A DNA stretch of 47,641 bases from an uncultured Planctomycetia bacterium. GTDB lineage: Bacteria; Omnitrophota; Gorgyraeia; Duberdicusellales; Duberdicusellaceae. The position numbers and the translations under genes are program-made. Position 1 is the first letter of the stretch. Each line of letters begins with the position of its first letter. The notes beneath the pieces were generated by a model, which did no database searches, was not told the DNA's origin, and saw nothing but the letters and a program-made list of their open reading frames with translations. Below are positions 1 through 10,093 of the stretch, piece after piece. The stretch lies in assembly GCA_964634935.1 (NCBI GenBank), contig CAZWJT010000005.1, positions 137,128 through 184,768 on the forward strand, read 5' to 3'.

Positions 1-1017
1 AAAATTAGGAAGCCACATGCAAAGCCCCACCGGGAATAATCCCTTTAATGCCAAGGCCTCAGCAAGCATATAAAACAAGTAGTAGAAAAGTGCAGTAAAA
101 AAACTTATTCCGAAGTTTACTGATTTCTCACGGTGCTTTATGTTCCCGCCTACTCCGAATCCGAGTAAGGCGAAAATTAATGCCGAGAAAGAAAAACTGA
201 TTTTTTGATGAAATTCAACCCGCAAAGGCAGCGGGTCTAGATTTCTTTCCTCAAAACGAACAATTTCCTCCTGTAAATCTTTTAACGACATATCTACCGG
301 CTTTCGGGAAACATTCTGTTTTTGTTCACCCAAAGGCATATGGATAAAATGCGTACGAAAGTTAATACGGTATTTCATCTGGGGGCCTTCCATAAATCCG
401 TCAGAAAGCTTTACATGCATAATGTTTCCGTCAACAACAAATTCTCCATGTTCAGCAAAAATAAGGCTGTTCTGGTTATCTTTTCCCACCTGATAAATGA
501 ATACTTTTTTGAGTCGATTCACATCAACATCCTGGACAAAAAGAATAAAATCCTTAAACCCGTCAATAAATACACCTGGCTCGATAAAACTTAAAGGATT
601 CTTTTTGCCGATTTGTTTCAGGATAACTCTTGACTGAAAATGTGCTTGCGGGACTATCTTGTCGTTCACGATTACCAAAAAAAGCGAAACAATCGTACCG
701 AGAATAATGAACATTGCAAGAATATGACCCAAAAAAAACCCGCTCGAACGGAGTGCCAAAATCTCATTATCAGAAGAAATCCTGCCCATGGTCAGCAGAG
801 TACTTAATAATACAGATAAAGGTAGGATAAATTTGAGCAGATACGGTGCGAGAAAAAGAAATATCTTCAGCGCCGAAGAAGCTTCTACCCCTTTTCGTAT
901 AATCAAATCGGAAATTTGAATAAGATTCCCAATAAGAAAAAAGAAACTGATTGCCAATAGAGAGAAGAAAAAATTATGGAAGAACTCCTTCAAAAAATAC
1001 CTACGAATAATCTTCAT
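1..1017 (-). CDS. lptF: LptF/LptG-family LPS export ABC permease, 3' end truncated by window edge (absent from ORF track)
   Basis: Manual translation from ATG at 1017: MKIIRRYFLKEFFHNFFFSLLAISFFFLLG...ILPLSVLLSTLLTMGRISSDNEILALRSSG...EFHQKISFSFSALIFALLGFGVG...MWLPNF. No in-frame stop in the frame segments checked down to base 1. The GRxSxDNExxAxxxxG motif is typical of LptF/G; F versus G is not certain. Confidence 0.88.
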   Translation of the reverse strand, partial: MKIIRRYFLKEFFHNFFFSLLAISFFFLIGNLIQISDLIIRKGVEASSALKIFLFLAPYLLKFILPLSVLLSTLLTMGRISSDNEILALRSSGFFLGHILAMFIILGTIVSLFLVIVNDKIVPQAHFQSRVILKQIGKKNPLSFIEPGVFIDGFKDFILFVQDVDVNRLKKVFIYQVGKDNQNSLIFAEHGEFVVDGNIMHVKLSDGFMEGPQMKYRINFRTHFIHMPLGEQKQNVSRKPVDMSLKDLQEEIVRFEERNLDPLPLRVEFHQKISFSFSALIFALLGFGVGGNIKHREKSVNFGISFFTALFYYLFYMLAEALALKGLFPVGLCMWLPNF

Positions 1018-1768
1018 TGTCTCTGGTAATTGCTAAAGTAAACACGGTGACTGAACGGGCTCCGGATTCTTTGAGAATCCGGGCACACTCTGAGACGGTA
1101 GAACCTGTGGTAAATACGTCATCCACAAGAAACACCTCGGCATCTTGAACAGAAAAACTTTTTTTGTACACCATGCCTTCGATATTAACCAACCGTTGTT
1201 GGTAATCAAGCTGCGCCTGGGATTTTTTTTGAGAAAGAATTCCTAAGGTCTCCCGACATTCTAAACCCATATATTTTCCAAGCATGCCGGCCAGGATTTT
1301 TGATTGATTATACTCCCGCTCCCGCAGTGTTACCGCTGAGACCGGAACATATGTCATGAAATCCAAAGGCTTACTATCCCCTGTAAAAAACATCGTCTGT
1401 TCGCGGTTATAAAAATAATTTGTGCAAAGTTTTTCGTATGCGCGCTGAGCAAAAAATTCTGCCAAATGCCAGCAATCATTGTATTTATACAAATGAATAA
1501 GTTTACGTAAATTCCCTTCGTAAAAAAATGGGCTCACCACCCGGTTAAAATGGAAGGGAATATTCCGGCACAAGCGGCAACCCCGAAGGCTTTCGGCGAC
1601 AACACCCCGGCCACATCGAGCGCATTGAGGAAAAGTATTCTCAGGAAAAATACTGCACTCGGCACAAACTGGCCCATTTTGGGCTAACTTTCGTTCACAC
1701 ACAAAACAGGTCCGTGGAAACCATATGTCAAAAAAACTCTGCAATAAAATAGAAAAATTCGGCTTCAT
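1001..1768 (-). CDS. comF: ComF/GntX-family protein (double zinc ribbon + phosphoribosyltransferase-like domain)
   Basis: CFVC..CAEC..CARC..CRLC zinc motifs, REYNQS (RGFNQ-like) motif and PRT motif VFLVDDVFTTGST. Start moved from ORF-track 1822 to ATG 1768 (MKPNF), downstream of the recJ stop. Confidence 0.9.
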   Translation of the reverse strand: MKPNFSILLQSFFDIWFPRTCFVCERKLAQNGPVCAECSIFPENTFPQCARCGRGVVAESLRGCRLCRNIPFHFNRVVSPFFYEGNLRKLIHLYKYNDCWHLAEFFAQRAYEKLCTNYFYNREQTMFFTGDSKPLDFMTYVPVSAVTLREREYNQSKILAGMLGKYMGLECRETLGILSQKKSQAQLDYQQRLVNIEGMVYKKSFSVQDAEVFLVDDVFTTGSTVSECARILKESGARSVTVFTLAITRDNEDYS

Positions 1769-1808
1769 TCTAACATAATCTGGAAGAATGCGCAAATGAG
1801 ATGGCGCA

Positions 1809-3473
1809 TTACCCTGAACCATTGAAAAGACGTAAATCTTTTGCTTTCAACAGAATCCCAAAAATCGAATCAGGCTTTATCGTATAAATCACGTCATAAC
1901 GCTCAGGCAGAGAAAAAATATCCTCTAATTCACCTTGCAGGCACATACATGGATATGTGTATTCATCCTGAGTAAGCCAGAAAACTTTCTTACCCCCAAA
2001 CACAGTAATGTTCTTCAAACTCACGCCTTGAGATAAAAAACAAGGCTCTGGATTTCCTTCGCCATATGGCTCAAGGAGCGCGAGCGCTTCTGCCAAGGCT
2101 CGATCTATCTGAGAAAAACTGATTTTGCTATCGATGGAAAGTGTTGGCTCCGGCTGTTTCCCTTCCAAAGCCTTCTTTGCTGTAGCATTCAAGATTGCCT
2201 TAAACCGGGCAAGATGCTCACGCTTAATTTCCAAACCAGCCGCCTTTTGATGTCCACCTACTTTTTCTAAAATATCCCGGCAGGAAAATAACGCTTCAGT
2301 AATATGAAAATTATCGACGCTTCGAGCAGATCCTTTCCCCCGGCCATGGTCATCAAAAGAAATCAGTACGGTGGGGCGACAAAATTTTTCCTTGATTCGC
2401 GACGCTACAATACCAAGAACTCCCAAATGCCAGCGCTCGCCGCACCCTACTACCACGTAATCATTGTCGAGGTCAATCTCTTTTTCAAGCTGCGTAACTG
2501 CCGAGGCGTAGAGCTGGTCGGTGATCGATTTTCTCTCGCGATTCTTCTCATTGAGATCCGCAGCCCATCGGACAGCTTCGCGCTTATCCAAACAACTTAA
2601 CAGCTTAAAGGAAGTTTCGGCAGAAGCAATCCGTCCGGAAGCATTCAACCGTGGTCCGAGGATCCAGCCTAGATGAAAAACATCTACATTCGCTTTCTTA
2701 ATTGTGGCACTTTCTAAAAGGGCCTCAATCCCACAACACGGACTCTTTCTTATCTTTTCTAAACCAGCTTTTAGCAAAATCCTGTTCTCCCCAAGCAAAG
2801 GAACCACATCGCACACGACACTCAAAGCAACTAAATCAAGATATTCTTCTGGGGGAAAACCCTGAATCGCTTCGACAAAACGAAACGTCAAAGCAGCACT
2901 CGAAAGGTCACAAAACGGATATAAACTGTCTTTTCTTTTCGGATTAATACAAGCAAATGACAGGTTATCGTCTGAAATTTCATGATGATCGACTATAATC
3001 ACATCTAGGCCGGATGTCTGCGCGTATTCAACCCATGGAGAATTGCTGCCGCAATCCAAAGTGACGAGAACTCTCGCTCCTGCTTGCCTGGCAGCATCAA
3101 CCGCATGCTTATTAAGGCCATACCCGTGGGTTAAGCGAAGCGGAATATAGAATTCATAGGAAGCTTTTTGCGCGGTGAGAAACGAAGTAAAAATGGCTAA
3201 CGAAGTAACTCCATCTACGTCATAGTCGCTTACGACAAAAATGCGCTCTTTTTCCTTGAATGCCCGCTTCATCCGCAAGGTCGCTTTCGCGATATCAGGA
3301 AGCGATTGAACAGGCGAAAGATTGCTGAGTTGAGCCGAAAGAAAATTTTTTATCTCCGAACACTCCGTGATTTTCCGGTTCGATAAAACTTGAAGCAGTA
3401 CTGGATGTATGGATGCGAGCGATGCCTGTTTAGCCAGATCGTTTAAAGGAGTAAAAACCTGCCATCGTTTCAT
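1809..3473 (-). CDS. recJ: Single-stranded-DNA-specific exonuclease RecJ
   Basis: DHH-family motifs DYDVDG, LDCG, DHH, GPRLNASGR, GKGSARS, GGHQKAAG and LEPYGEGNPEP. Confidence 0.96.
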   Translation of the reverse strand: MKRWQVFTPLNDLAKQASLASIHPVLLQVLSNRKITECSEIKNFLSAQLSNLSPVQSLPDIAKATLRMKRAFKEKERIFVVSDYDVDGVTSLAIFTSFLTAQKASYEFYIPLRLTHGYGLNKHAVDAARQAGARVLVTLDCGSNSPWVEYAQTSGLDVIIVDHHEISDDNLSFACINPKRKDSLYPFCDLSSAALTFRFVEAIQGFPPEEYLDLVALSVVCDVVPLLGENRILLKAGLEKIRKSPCCGIEALLESATIKKANVDVFHLGWILGPRLNASGRIASAETSFKLLSCLDKREAVRWAADLNEKNRERKSITDQLYASAVTQLEKEIDLDNDYVVVGCGERWHLGVLGIVASRIKEKFCRPTVLISFDDHGRGKGSARSVDNFHITEALFSCRDILEKVGGHQKAAGLEIKREHLARFKAILNATAKKALEGKQPEPTLSIDSKISFSQIDRALAEALALLEPYGEGNPEPCFLSQGVSLKNITVFGGKKVFWLTQDEYTYPCMCLQGELEDIFSLPERYDVIYTIKPDSIFGILLKAKDLRLFNGSG

Positions 3474-3476
3474 TGA

Positions 3477-5096
3477 TCACATCTTTTCGGGTGCTTCAAC
3501 ATCAAGAATACCAAGACCAGTTCTGAGCGTCAGACCAACACCACGAATCAAGGCAAGTCGAGCCTCAGTTACCTTTTCATCTTCGGAAATCACGCGAACC
3601 TGTTCGTAGAAAGAGTGGAATGCCGCAGCTAAATTCTTTAAGTACTCCGCGATCGCATACGGCTCCCGGGTCATTGCGGCAATCTGAATAGCCCTTTTGA
3701 AGAAAACAATCTCCTTCACAAGCTTCAGCTCTTCCGGGCGCTCTAAGATACTCACCGCTGCCGCGCCTACCGGATGGTTAACTTTCGCTAAAATACTCTG
3801 AATGCGTGCGTGAGCGTATTGAATATAATAGAGTGGGTTATCAAAATTTTTTTTCTTTGCCTGTTCAACATCAAAATCAAGCTGCGACGAGTTCTTGCGA
3901 GTCAGATAGAAAAATCTTGCCGCATCTTTTCCAACATCGTTTACCAAATCTCGAAACAGCACCATCGTACCTGCCCTTTTCGACATCTTAATATTTCCTT
4001 TTAAGCTTACCAGCTGAATAATCAGAATTTCTAAAGGCGGGGTACACCGGCAGTACGCTGCAACGGCAGCCTTCACACGTTGAATATACCCATGGTGATC
4101 AGGACCCCAGAGATTGATAAGACGAGAAAAACCTCGTTTTAACTTATCAGCATGATAAGCGATATCCGCAGAAAAATAAGTGTAATTTCCATCGCTGCGT
4201 TGCACTACGCGGTCTTTATCATCACCGAAACTGGTCGAACGGAACCAAAAGGCACCCTCCTGTTCATAAATCAACCCTTGATTTTTTAAGTCGGCAATTG
4301 CCTCCTGGATACGATTGGTTTCGTATAAATTCTTCTGGCTCACCCAACTGTCAAAAGCAACTCCCACCGCTTTGAGATCTTTTTGGATAAACTCCAACAT
4401 TACCGCCAGCGCGCGAGAACCGATATCAGACTGAGAATGATACCCTTCAGAGAGCAATTGCTGCGCGATATCCTTGACGTATTCACCGTGATATCCATTC
4501 TCTGGTATCCGACAATCCTTTCCTTCCTGTTCGCGCATACGCTGCCTGACCGATTCAGTATACGCATCGATCTGAGTCCCCATGTCGTTGATATAATACT
4601 CGCGGGTAACTTCAAACCCGACAAAGGAAAGAAGCCTCCCGATAACATCCCCTACTACCGCTTGTCGCCCATGCGCGACTGAGAGCGGACCTGTAGGATT
4701 CGCGCTCACAAATTCAAGAACAACTTTCTCAGAAAACTTCCTGAGAGCTCGAAAAAACAGCTCCCCCTGCTCCAAGCATAAAGCGAGCTCTCTCTTTAAT
4801 GCTTGATCTGAGAAAAAAATATTGATGAAACCCGGCTGAACAACCGTTATGTCTTTAAGACAGTTTTTGTCCTGTCCGAGCTTCTGAAGTATCTCCCGAT
4901 GAATAGCCTGAGCAACAGCGAAAGGGTTTTGCCGGGTTCGAGAAGCTATCTTTAACGCGATTGCCGAAGAAACATCTCCAAATTCAGCTTGAAGGGGACG
5001 CTCCAAAATAATAGGAAGATCGGAAGAATTCGTAAAGAGCTCCCGGACAACTTCGGCCAAAAGCCCCTCAGTGAACGCAAAGATATCTCCGTTCAT
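3477..5096 (-). CDS. argS: Arginine--tRNA ligase
   Basis: EFVSANPTGPL..HGR, YYINDMG, DDKDRV, YFSADIAYH, WGPDHHGY, KMSKRAG and YIQYAHAR. Start ATG 5096 overlaps the rsfS stop (TAATG); the ORF track starts at 5126. Confidence 0.96.
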   Translation of the reverse strand: MNGDIFAFTEGLLAEVVRELFTNSSDLPIILERPLQAEFGDVSSAIALKIASRTRQNPFAVAQAIHREILQKLGQDKNCLKDITVVQPGFINIFFSDQALKRELALCLEQGELFFRALRKFSEKVVLEFVSANPTGPLSVAHGRQAVVGDVIGRLLSFVGFEVTREYYINDMGTQIDAYTESVRQRMREQEGKDCRIPENGYHGEYVKDIAQQLLSEGYHSQSDIGSRALAVMLEFIQKDLKAVGVAFDSWVSQKNLYETNRIQEAIADLKNQGLIYEQEGAFWFRSTSFGDDKDRVVQRSDGNYTYFSADIAYHADKLKRGFSRLINLWGPDHHGYIQRVKAAVAAYCRCTPPLEILIIQLVSLKGNIKMSKRAGTMVLFRDLVNDVGKDAARFFYLTRKNSSQLDFDVEQAKKKNFDNPLYYIQYAHARIQSILAKVNHPVGAAAVSILERPEELKLVKEIVFFKRAIQIAAMTREPYAIAEYLKNLAAAFHSFYEQVRVISEDEKVTEARLALIRGVGLTLRTGLGILDVEAPEKM

Positions 5097-5431
5097 TATA
5101 GAACGACCCTTTCTGCCTCTTCCCACAAATTTTCCAGATTGTAGAACGCGCGGGCATCTTCCAAAAATACATTAAAGGCAACATCATAAAAATCAACCAA
5201 AGCCCATCGCTGTGTATCAATCTCCCGATGATGCACGTCTATCTTCTGCTTCTTTGCTTCACTGATCACTTCTTTAGCGATTGCTTCAATCTGTCGTTCA
5301 GAAGAAGCTGAAACAATAACAAAATAATCCCAAATATTATTTACCTTCCGAGTATCCAGAATAACAGGATCCTCCGCTTTTTTTAATAACGCAAAACTCA
5401 GTATCTTTTTTGCTTTTTGACGGCTGGTAAT
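5096..5431 (-). CDS. rsfS: Ribosome silencing factor RsfS (Iojap/YbeB family), 111 aa, apparent ATT start; absent from ORF track
   Basis: Manual translation: ITSRQKAKKILSFALLKKAEDPVILDTRKVNNIWDYFVIVSASSERQIEAIAKEV...WALVDFYDVAFNVFLEDARAFYNLENLWEEAERVVL*. KKAED, DYFVI, WxLVDxxDV and RxFYxLExLW are RsfS hallmarks. AGGAGG lies at 5442-5437, 5 nt before ATT. Confidence 0.92.
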   Translation of the reverse strand: MTSRQKAKKILSFALLKKAEDPVILDTRKVNNIWDYFVIVSASSERQIEAIAKEVISEAKKQKIDVHHREIDTQRWALVDFYDVAFNVFLEDARAFYNLENLWEEAERVVL

Positions 5432-5467
5432 ACTATCCTCCTTTTTTAGAATTTCTTCCTGTTTTAC

Positions 5468-6739
5468 CTAAATAAACTTCTGAACCATGCTCTCTATATT
5501 CTCGCGCAGCCCCTGATCGTGCGAAACGATAACACTCACCTTCATCTCAGAAAAACGGAAAAGGCTACGCGCTACTTTTTGGATGCACGCGGGAGTAACC
5601 GCAAGAATTTCTTTTTCCACCGAACGAGGAGAATAAAACTTTCCAAAATTACAGATACTTTCTCCTGCATAGAACATCGCCTGAAGAGAATCTTCCAAAC
5701 TCATAAAAAAATTGCCCAAGAAATAATCCTGAGCCCGCCGTAATTCCTGTGCGCCAACCCGCTGTGTTTGCATCCGCACAAGCTCCTGAAGAATCATCTC
5801 AAGGGCGCGCTGAATGTTTTTTTCATCAAGTCCAATATGAATATTAAAGGCTCCCGTGTCTTGAAAAAGCTTTACCTGAGAAGAAACATCATACGCTAAA
5901 CCCTCTCTTTCCCGCAAGCTCTCAAAAAGCCTACTCGACATATTTGCCCCCAAAATAATATGGATGAGCTGGGCAGCAAATCTCCAAGGGTGGAAATAAT
6001 TAAATGCCGGAAATCCTAGCGCCAAATGAGTCTGTTGAAACGTTGATCTTTCAACCTGGATAGCCCGCCCGGGAGAAAAAGATGCGGGCAAAAAAGAATT
6101 TTCGAAACCTTGCGCTAATTTTCCGAATTTTTTCTTTACCAGGGTAACAATCTTGGCATGTTCATTGCGATAGGTACAGGTCACTAATATGTTACGGCCG
6201 GTGTAGTGCTTTCTCTGGAAGTCAAGGATGTCATCCTGATGAATCGCTTGCACTGTCTCGCTTTTTCCTGCTATATCCTCGCCTAAAGGATTATTCCTCC
6301 ACGAAAGACTGTCGAGGTTACTGATGACCTTCGCCGAAGGCATGTCGTTATACATTTTTAACTCTTCAAGAATCACTGTCCGCTCTTTTTCTAAATCTTC
6401 CAGCTTCACAAGAGGCACAAGCATCATATCTGACAAAATATCGAACGTAATCGGCAAATTTTTCTCCAGCACTTTCGCATAAAATGCGGTAAGCTCATGA
6501 GAAGTGAAAGCATTCAACGTCCCGCCACGCCCCTCAATTTCTTCTTTAATTGCCCGGGAAGAATAGGAAGCGCTCCCCTTGAAAACCATGTGTTCGAGAA
6601 AATGGGCAACGCCCTTGACCTGAGCGGCTTCAAACCGAGCCCCGGCACGCACCCAAATACCAATCGAGGCTGACTTACAATGCGAGGTTTTTACCAGCGC
6701 AATTTGCACTCCGTTACTCAAATGAATTATTTGAACCAT
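5468..6739 (-). CDS. M16-family (pitrilysin/insulinase-like) zinc peptidase
   Basis: Inverted zinc motif HFLEH, then GGTLNAFTSHE, EELKMY and SSRLFESLREREGLAY. Confidence 0.93.
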   Translation of the reverse strand: MVQIIHLSNGVQIALVKTSHCKSASIGIWVRAGARFEAAQVKGVAHFLEHMVFKGSASYSSRAIKEEIEGRGGTLNAFTSHELTAFYAKVLEKNLPITFDILSDMMLVPLVKLEDLEKERTVILEELKMYNDMPSAKVISNLDSLSWRNNPLGEDIAGKSETVQAIHQDDILDFQRKHYTGRNILVTCTYRNEHAKIVTLVKKKFGKLAQGFENSFLPASFSPGRAIQVERSTFQQTHLALGFPAFNYFHPWRFAAQLIHIILGANMSSRLFESLREREGLAYDVSSQVKLFQDTGAFNIHIGLDEKNIQRALEMILQELVRMQTQRVGAQELRRAQDYFLGNFFMSLEDSLQAMFYAGESICNFGKFYSPRSVEKEILAVTPACIQKVARSLFRFSEMKVSVIVSHDQGLRENIESMVQKFI

Positions 6740-6745
6740 ATTTCC

Positions 6746-7531
6746 CTATGATCCTTTAAGCCAAATAGCGAATTCGCGCAGCTTTTTAAGAAAATTTTTG
6801 TCCTTCTCCCATGCGATAATTTTTTCGACTATTGCGCTCCCGATAATGACTCCATCAGAAACATGCCGAAATGCATCAGCTTGCTTCTGATTGGAAATAC
6901 CGAAACCGACGCATAACGGTTTTGTAAGATGTTTTCTCACGAGCCGGATGTGGTCAAAGATTTCCTGAGCAAATTCACGCTGGGTTCCCGTAGTTCCCAC
7001 GACTGCCACATAATACACAAATCCGCTTGAAGCTTTGTCCAAATCCGGGATTCGGGAAAATTCGGTTGTAGGAGTAGCAAAAAAAATTGTATCCATGGAA
7101 TTCTGGTGCGCGGATTGAATGAATTTCCCGGCTTCGGCATACGGTAAATCGGGAACGATAACGCCGTCAAGAAGGCCGCGTGCCTGAGAAAAAAAACGCC
7201 CTTCAGGCATGGCAAAGATAGGGTTGTAATAACTCATCAGAATGAGCGGGGAAGAAAGATGTTTTTTTTCTTTTTTCAATACGGATAAAAGACCTGTTAG
7301 GGTTACCCCCTGCTTCAATGCCCGCGAACTTGCCTGTTGTATAATCCTACCGTCAGCAATAGGATCGGAAAATGGCATTCCCAGTTCAATAAGATCAGCT
7401 CCGGCTTCAACCAGGGTATATAAAATATCAATACTCCTCTGTATGGTAGGAAAACCAAAAATCAAGAAAGGGGCAAAGGCTTTTCTTCCTTGGGCTTTCA
7501 GAACTCTGAACTTCTCAGAAACTCTACCCAC
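6746..7531 (-). CDS. trpA: Tryptophan synthase alpha chain
   Basis: [39 protein letters not shown] and DGVIIGSA. Likely GTG start at 7531 overlapping the trpB stop (ORF track 7597). Confidence 0.96.
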   Translation of the reverse strand: MGRVSEKFRVLKAQGRKAFAPFLIFGFPTIQRSIDILYTLVEAGADLIELGMPFSDPIADGRIIQQASSRALKQGVTLTGLLSVLKKEKKHLSSPLILMSYYNPIFAMPEGRFFSQARGLLDGVIVPDLPYAEAGKFIQSAHQNSMDTIFFATPTTEFSRIPDLDKASSGFVYYVAVVGTTGTQREFAQEIFDHIRLVRKHLTKPLCVGFGISNQKQADAFRHVSDGVIIGSAIVEKIIAWEKDKNFLKKLREFAIWLKGS

Positions 7532-8708
7532 GCGTTTTCTCCCTGTATTCGCCAACAGTATGTAAATCTTTATCTCCTCGACCAGAAAGACAAACAACTA
7601 CTAAAGAATTTTTCTTGAGAGTTTTTTGCAAAACTCTTAGATAAAATATGGCGTGAGCTGATTCAAGGGCAGGAATAATCCCTTCAATCTCAGAAAGCAT
7701 CCGAAAACCAAGCAACGCTTGCACATCAGATACTCCAACATATTCAGCACGCCGCATTTCTTTGTAAAACGCGTGCTCCGGCCCCACCCCAGGGTAATCA
7801 AGTCCAGGGGCGATCGAATATGCTTCTTGAATCTGGCCGCTCGGAGTTTGCAAAACATAAGACTTTGCTCCATGGAGAATACCAAGCTTACCCTTCATGA
7901 GTGAAGCCGCATGGTGTCGAGACGATACCCCCTGGCCGGTTGCCTCCACCCCAATACATCGCACCGCCCGATCATAAAAAAAAGGATGAAATAAGCCTAA
8001 GGCATTGCTCCCCGCACCAACACAGGCCAACAAAACATCAGGAAGTCGTTTTTCTTTACGAATGATCTGACGGCGAACTTCACGACCGATTACTGCCTGA
8101 AAATTCCGTACCATCGTTGGGTACGGATGAAAACCAATAACTGAACCGAGCAAATAGTAAGTATCGTAAACATTTCGAATCCAATCACGCATCGCCTCGC
8201 TGCAAGCGTCTTTCAGGGTTTGTGTTCCGCTCAAGACAGGATGAACCTTTGCTCCAAGAAGTTGCATACGCAACACATTCATCTTCTGTCTTTCAATATC
8301 AAGTGCACCCATATAGATTTCGCAGGATAATCCAAAAAGCGCACAGACTGTTGCCACCGCAACACCATGCTGTCCAGCACCAGTTTCTGCAATAATTCGC
8401 TTCTTCCCCATACGCTGCGCTAAAATCCCCTGAGCAATGGCATTATTAATCTTGTGGGCTCCTGTGTGGAGCAAATCTTCTCGCTTGAAGTAAATGTTGA
8501 AACCAAGCTTTGCGCTCAAATTTTTTGCATAGTAGAGAAGTGTCGGACGATGAGCATACTCTTTCAGGTAAAAATCAACTTCTTTGAGAAACTGAGGATC
8601 TCGTTGATACCGCTTATATGCCTGCTCTAGTTGCCTTGCAGCATATTCGAGCGTCTCGGGAATAAACTTCCCCCCGAATTTCCCAAAATATCCAACCTTA
8701 TTACTCAT
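7524..8708 (-). CDS. trpB: Tryptophan synthase beta chain
   Basis: [15 protein letters not shown] (PLP lysine), [19 protein letters not shown] and LSGRGDKD. Start ATG 8708 has GGAGGG upstream (ORF track 8732). Confidence 0.97.
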   Translation of the reverse strand: MSNKVGYFGKFGGKFIPETLEYAARQLEQAYKRYQRDPQFLKEVDFYLKEYAHRPTLLYYAKNLSAKLGFNIYFKREDLLHTGAHKINNAIAQGILAQRMGKKRIIAETGAGQHGVAVATVCALFGLSCEIYMGALDIERQKMNVLRMQLLGAKVHPVLSGTQTLKDACSEAMRDWIRNVYDTYYLLGSVIGFHPYPTMVRNFQAVIGREVRRQIIRKEKRLPDVLLACVGAGSNALGLFHPFFYDRAVRCIGVEATGQGVSSRHHAASLMKGKLGILHGAKSYVLQTPSGQIQEAYSIAPGLDYPGVGPEHAFYKEMRRAEYVGVSDVQALLGFRMLSEIEGIIPALESAHAIFYLRVLQKTLKKNSLVVVCLSGRGDKDLHTVGEYREKTRG

Positions 8709-9330
8709 AAACCCTCCGGAGCGCGGCAACAAACGCTCGAATTTTTGCTTTACTTTTCTTCCCGGAACTTTGTTCTGTTCCTCGGGCTACATCAACCGCG
8801 TAAGGCTGTACACGTGAAACAAAAAATCCGACGTTTTCTGCTTGTAGCCCACCTGAAAGAATCAAATTCCGTGCGCTCTTTTTTATCGCAATCAGAAACG
8901 GCACTGGCGCGGTCTTCCCAAAACATTTTTTTTCTGCAAGTGGAATGTCGACTAAAACGCCTTGTACGGGATACGTTGAAGCACGCTGAATAGGATTTGG
9001 TATATTAGAAAAAATGGTTTTTATCACCGTATAATCTTTGGTAAAAGAAGCACAATATGCCGGGGATTCCTCACCATGAAATTGGAGAGTATCCAGGCCA
9101 ACTGAACGCGCAATACAAACCACTGATTTTTCTTCCATATTCACAAACACGCCAACTTTAGCGATAAAAGGCGGCAGCGTTCTAACAATTTTCTGTGCTA
9201 AGCGTGGAGTGATTGAGCGTGGGCTTGATGGATAAAAAATAAAGCCAAGGGCGTCAACGCCTTCCTGAACGCAGAGAAATGCGTCTCCTTTATTTGTGAT
9301 TCCGCAAATTTTAATTCGTGGCACCTGCAT
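8701..9330 (-). CDS. trpF: Phosphoribosylanthranilate isomerase
   Basis: [31 protein letters not shown] and LSGGL; position within the trp cluster. Confidence 0.93.
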   Translation of the reverse strand: MQVPRIKICGITNKGDAFLCVQEGVDALGFIFYPSSPRSITPRLAQKIVRTLPPFIAKVGVFVNMEEKSVVCIARSVGLDTLQFHGEESPAYCASFTKDYTVIKTIFSNIPNPIQRASTYPVQGVLVDIPLAEKKCFGKTAPVPFLIAIKKSARNLILSGGLQAENVGFFVSRVQPYAVDVARGTEQSSGKKSKAKIRAFVAALRRVYE

Positions 9331-10093
9331 GAAACTCTTTCAGCTTCTGATTGATATTCGGGGAACACATCAAAGCTTCTCCGATCAAAACGGCAGAAAC
9401 ACCAACACCCTTTAACAATAAAATATCCTCAAAAGAATGTATTCCGCTCTCACTGATAATACAACAATCTTTGGGAATAAAAGGAGCCAAATCCAGCGTA
9501 GTTTTCAAATCTACCTCAAAAGTATCTAGATTGCGGTTATTGATACCGATCATTTTTGGAGAAAGTCTCAATACTCGCTTTAATTCCCGTTGAGTATGTA
9601 CTTCGATAATCACGGCCAGCCCCAGCACTGCTGCCAACCGGGAAAGTTTTTCCAGCCGTTCCTGAGGCAGTATTTTCGCTATCAGTAAAACCGCATCTGC
9701 TCCACTTGCCTTGGAATGGTACAACTGAATTTCATCAATAATAAAATCCTTTCTTAAAATGGGCAGCTTGGTGACCCGGCGAACATCCTGCAAATATTTT
9801 ATCTTGCCAAGAAAAAATTCTTCCTCAGTAACTACCGAAATCGCCTGAACGCCAGATTTTTCATAAATCTGGGCTATCTCTTCTGGATTTAAGTCTTTGC
9901 GCAAAATACCCGCTGAAGGAGAAGCTTGTTTTATTTCGGCAATAAGAGCCAACTGATCTTTGAGTTCAAGCGCTTTCTGGAAATCACGCGTTACACAGGA
10001 ACGCGCAAGCGCAATAATCTCCTGCCGCGTTTTATGAAGAATGGCTATTTGCTTTTTCTTAGCTTCGATAATAAGCGATAAAACTTTATGCAT
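9311..10093 (-). CDS. trpC: Indole-3-glycerol phosphate synthase
   Basis: IAEIKQASPSAG, LRKDFII, GADAVLLI, IGINNRNL and ISESGI. Start ATG 10093 (ORF track 10183). Confidence 0.96.
   Translation of the reverse strand: MHKVLSLIIEAKKKQIAILHKTRQEIIALARSCVTRDFQKALELKDQLALIAEIKQASPSAGILRKDLNPEEIAQIYEKSGVQAISVVTEEEFFLGKIKYLQDVRRVTKLPILRKDFIIDEIQLYHSKASGADAVLLIAKILPQERLEKLSRLAAVLGLAVIIEVHTQRELKRVLRLSPKMIGINNRNLDTFEVDLKTTLDLAPFIPKDCCIISESGIHSFEDILLLKGVGVSAVLIGEALMCSPNINQKLKEFHAGATN

Noticed and set aside
1788-1809. ATGCGC/GCGCAT inverted repeat between recJ and comF
   Set aside because: 6-bp stem with a 10-nt loop and no proper U-tract; too weak to call a terminator.
8806-8821. parS-like sequence CTGTACACGTGAAACA (12/16 to TGTTTCACGTGAAACA); a second 12/16 match at 17591-17606
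   Set aside because: Only one half-site is intact, both lie inside CDS and are explained by codons, and they are 9 kb apart with no parAB nearby. A PWM scan of the genome would be needed.
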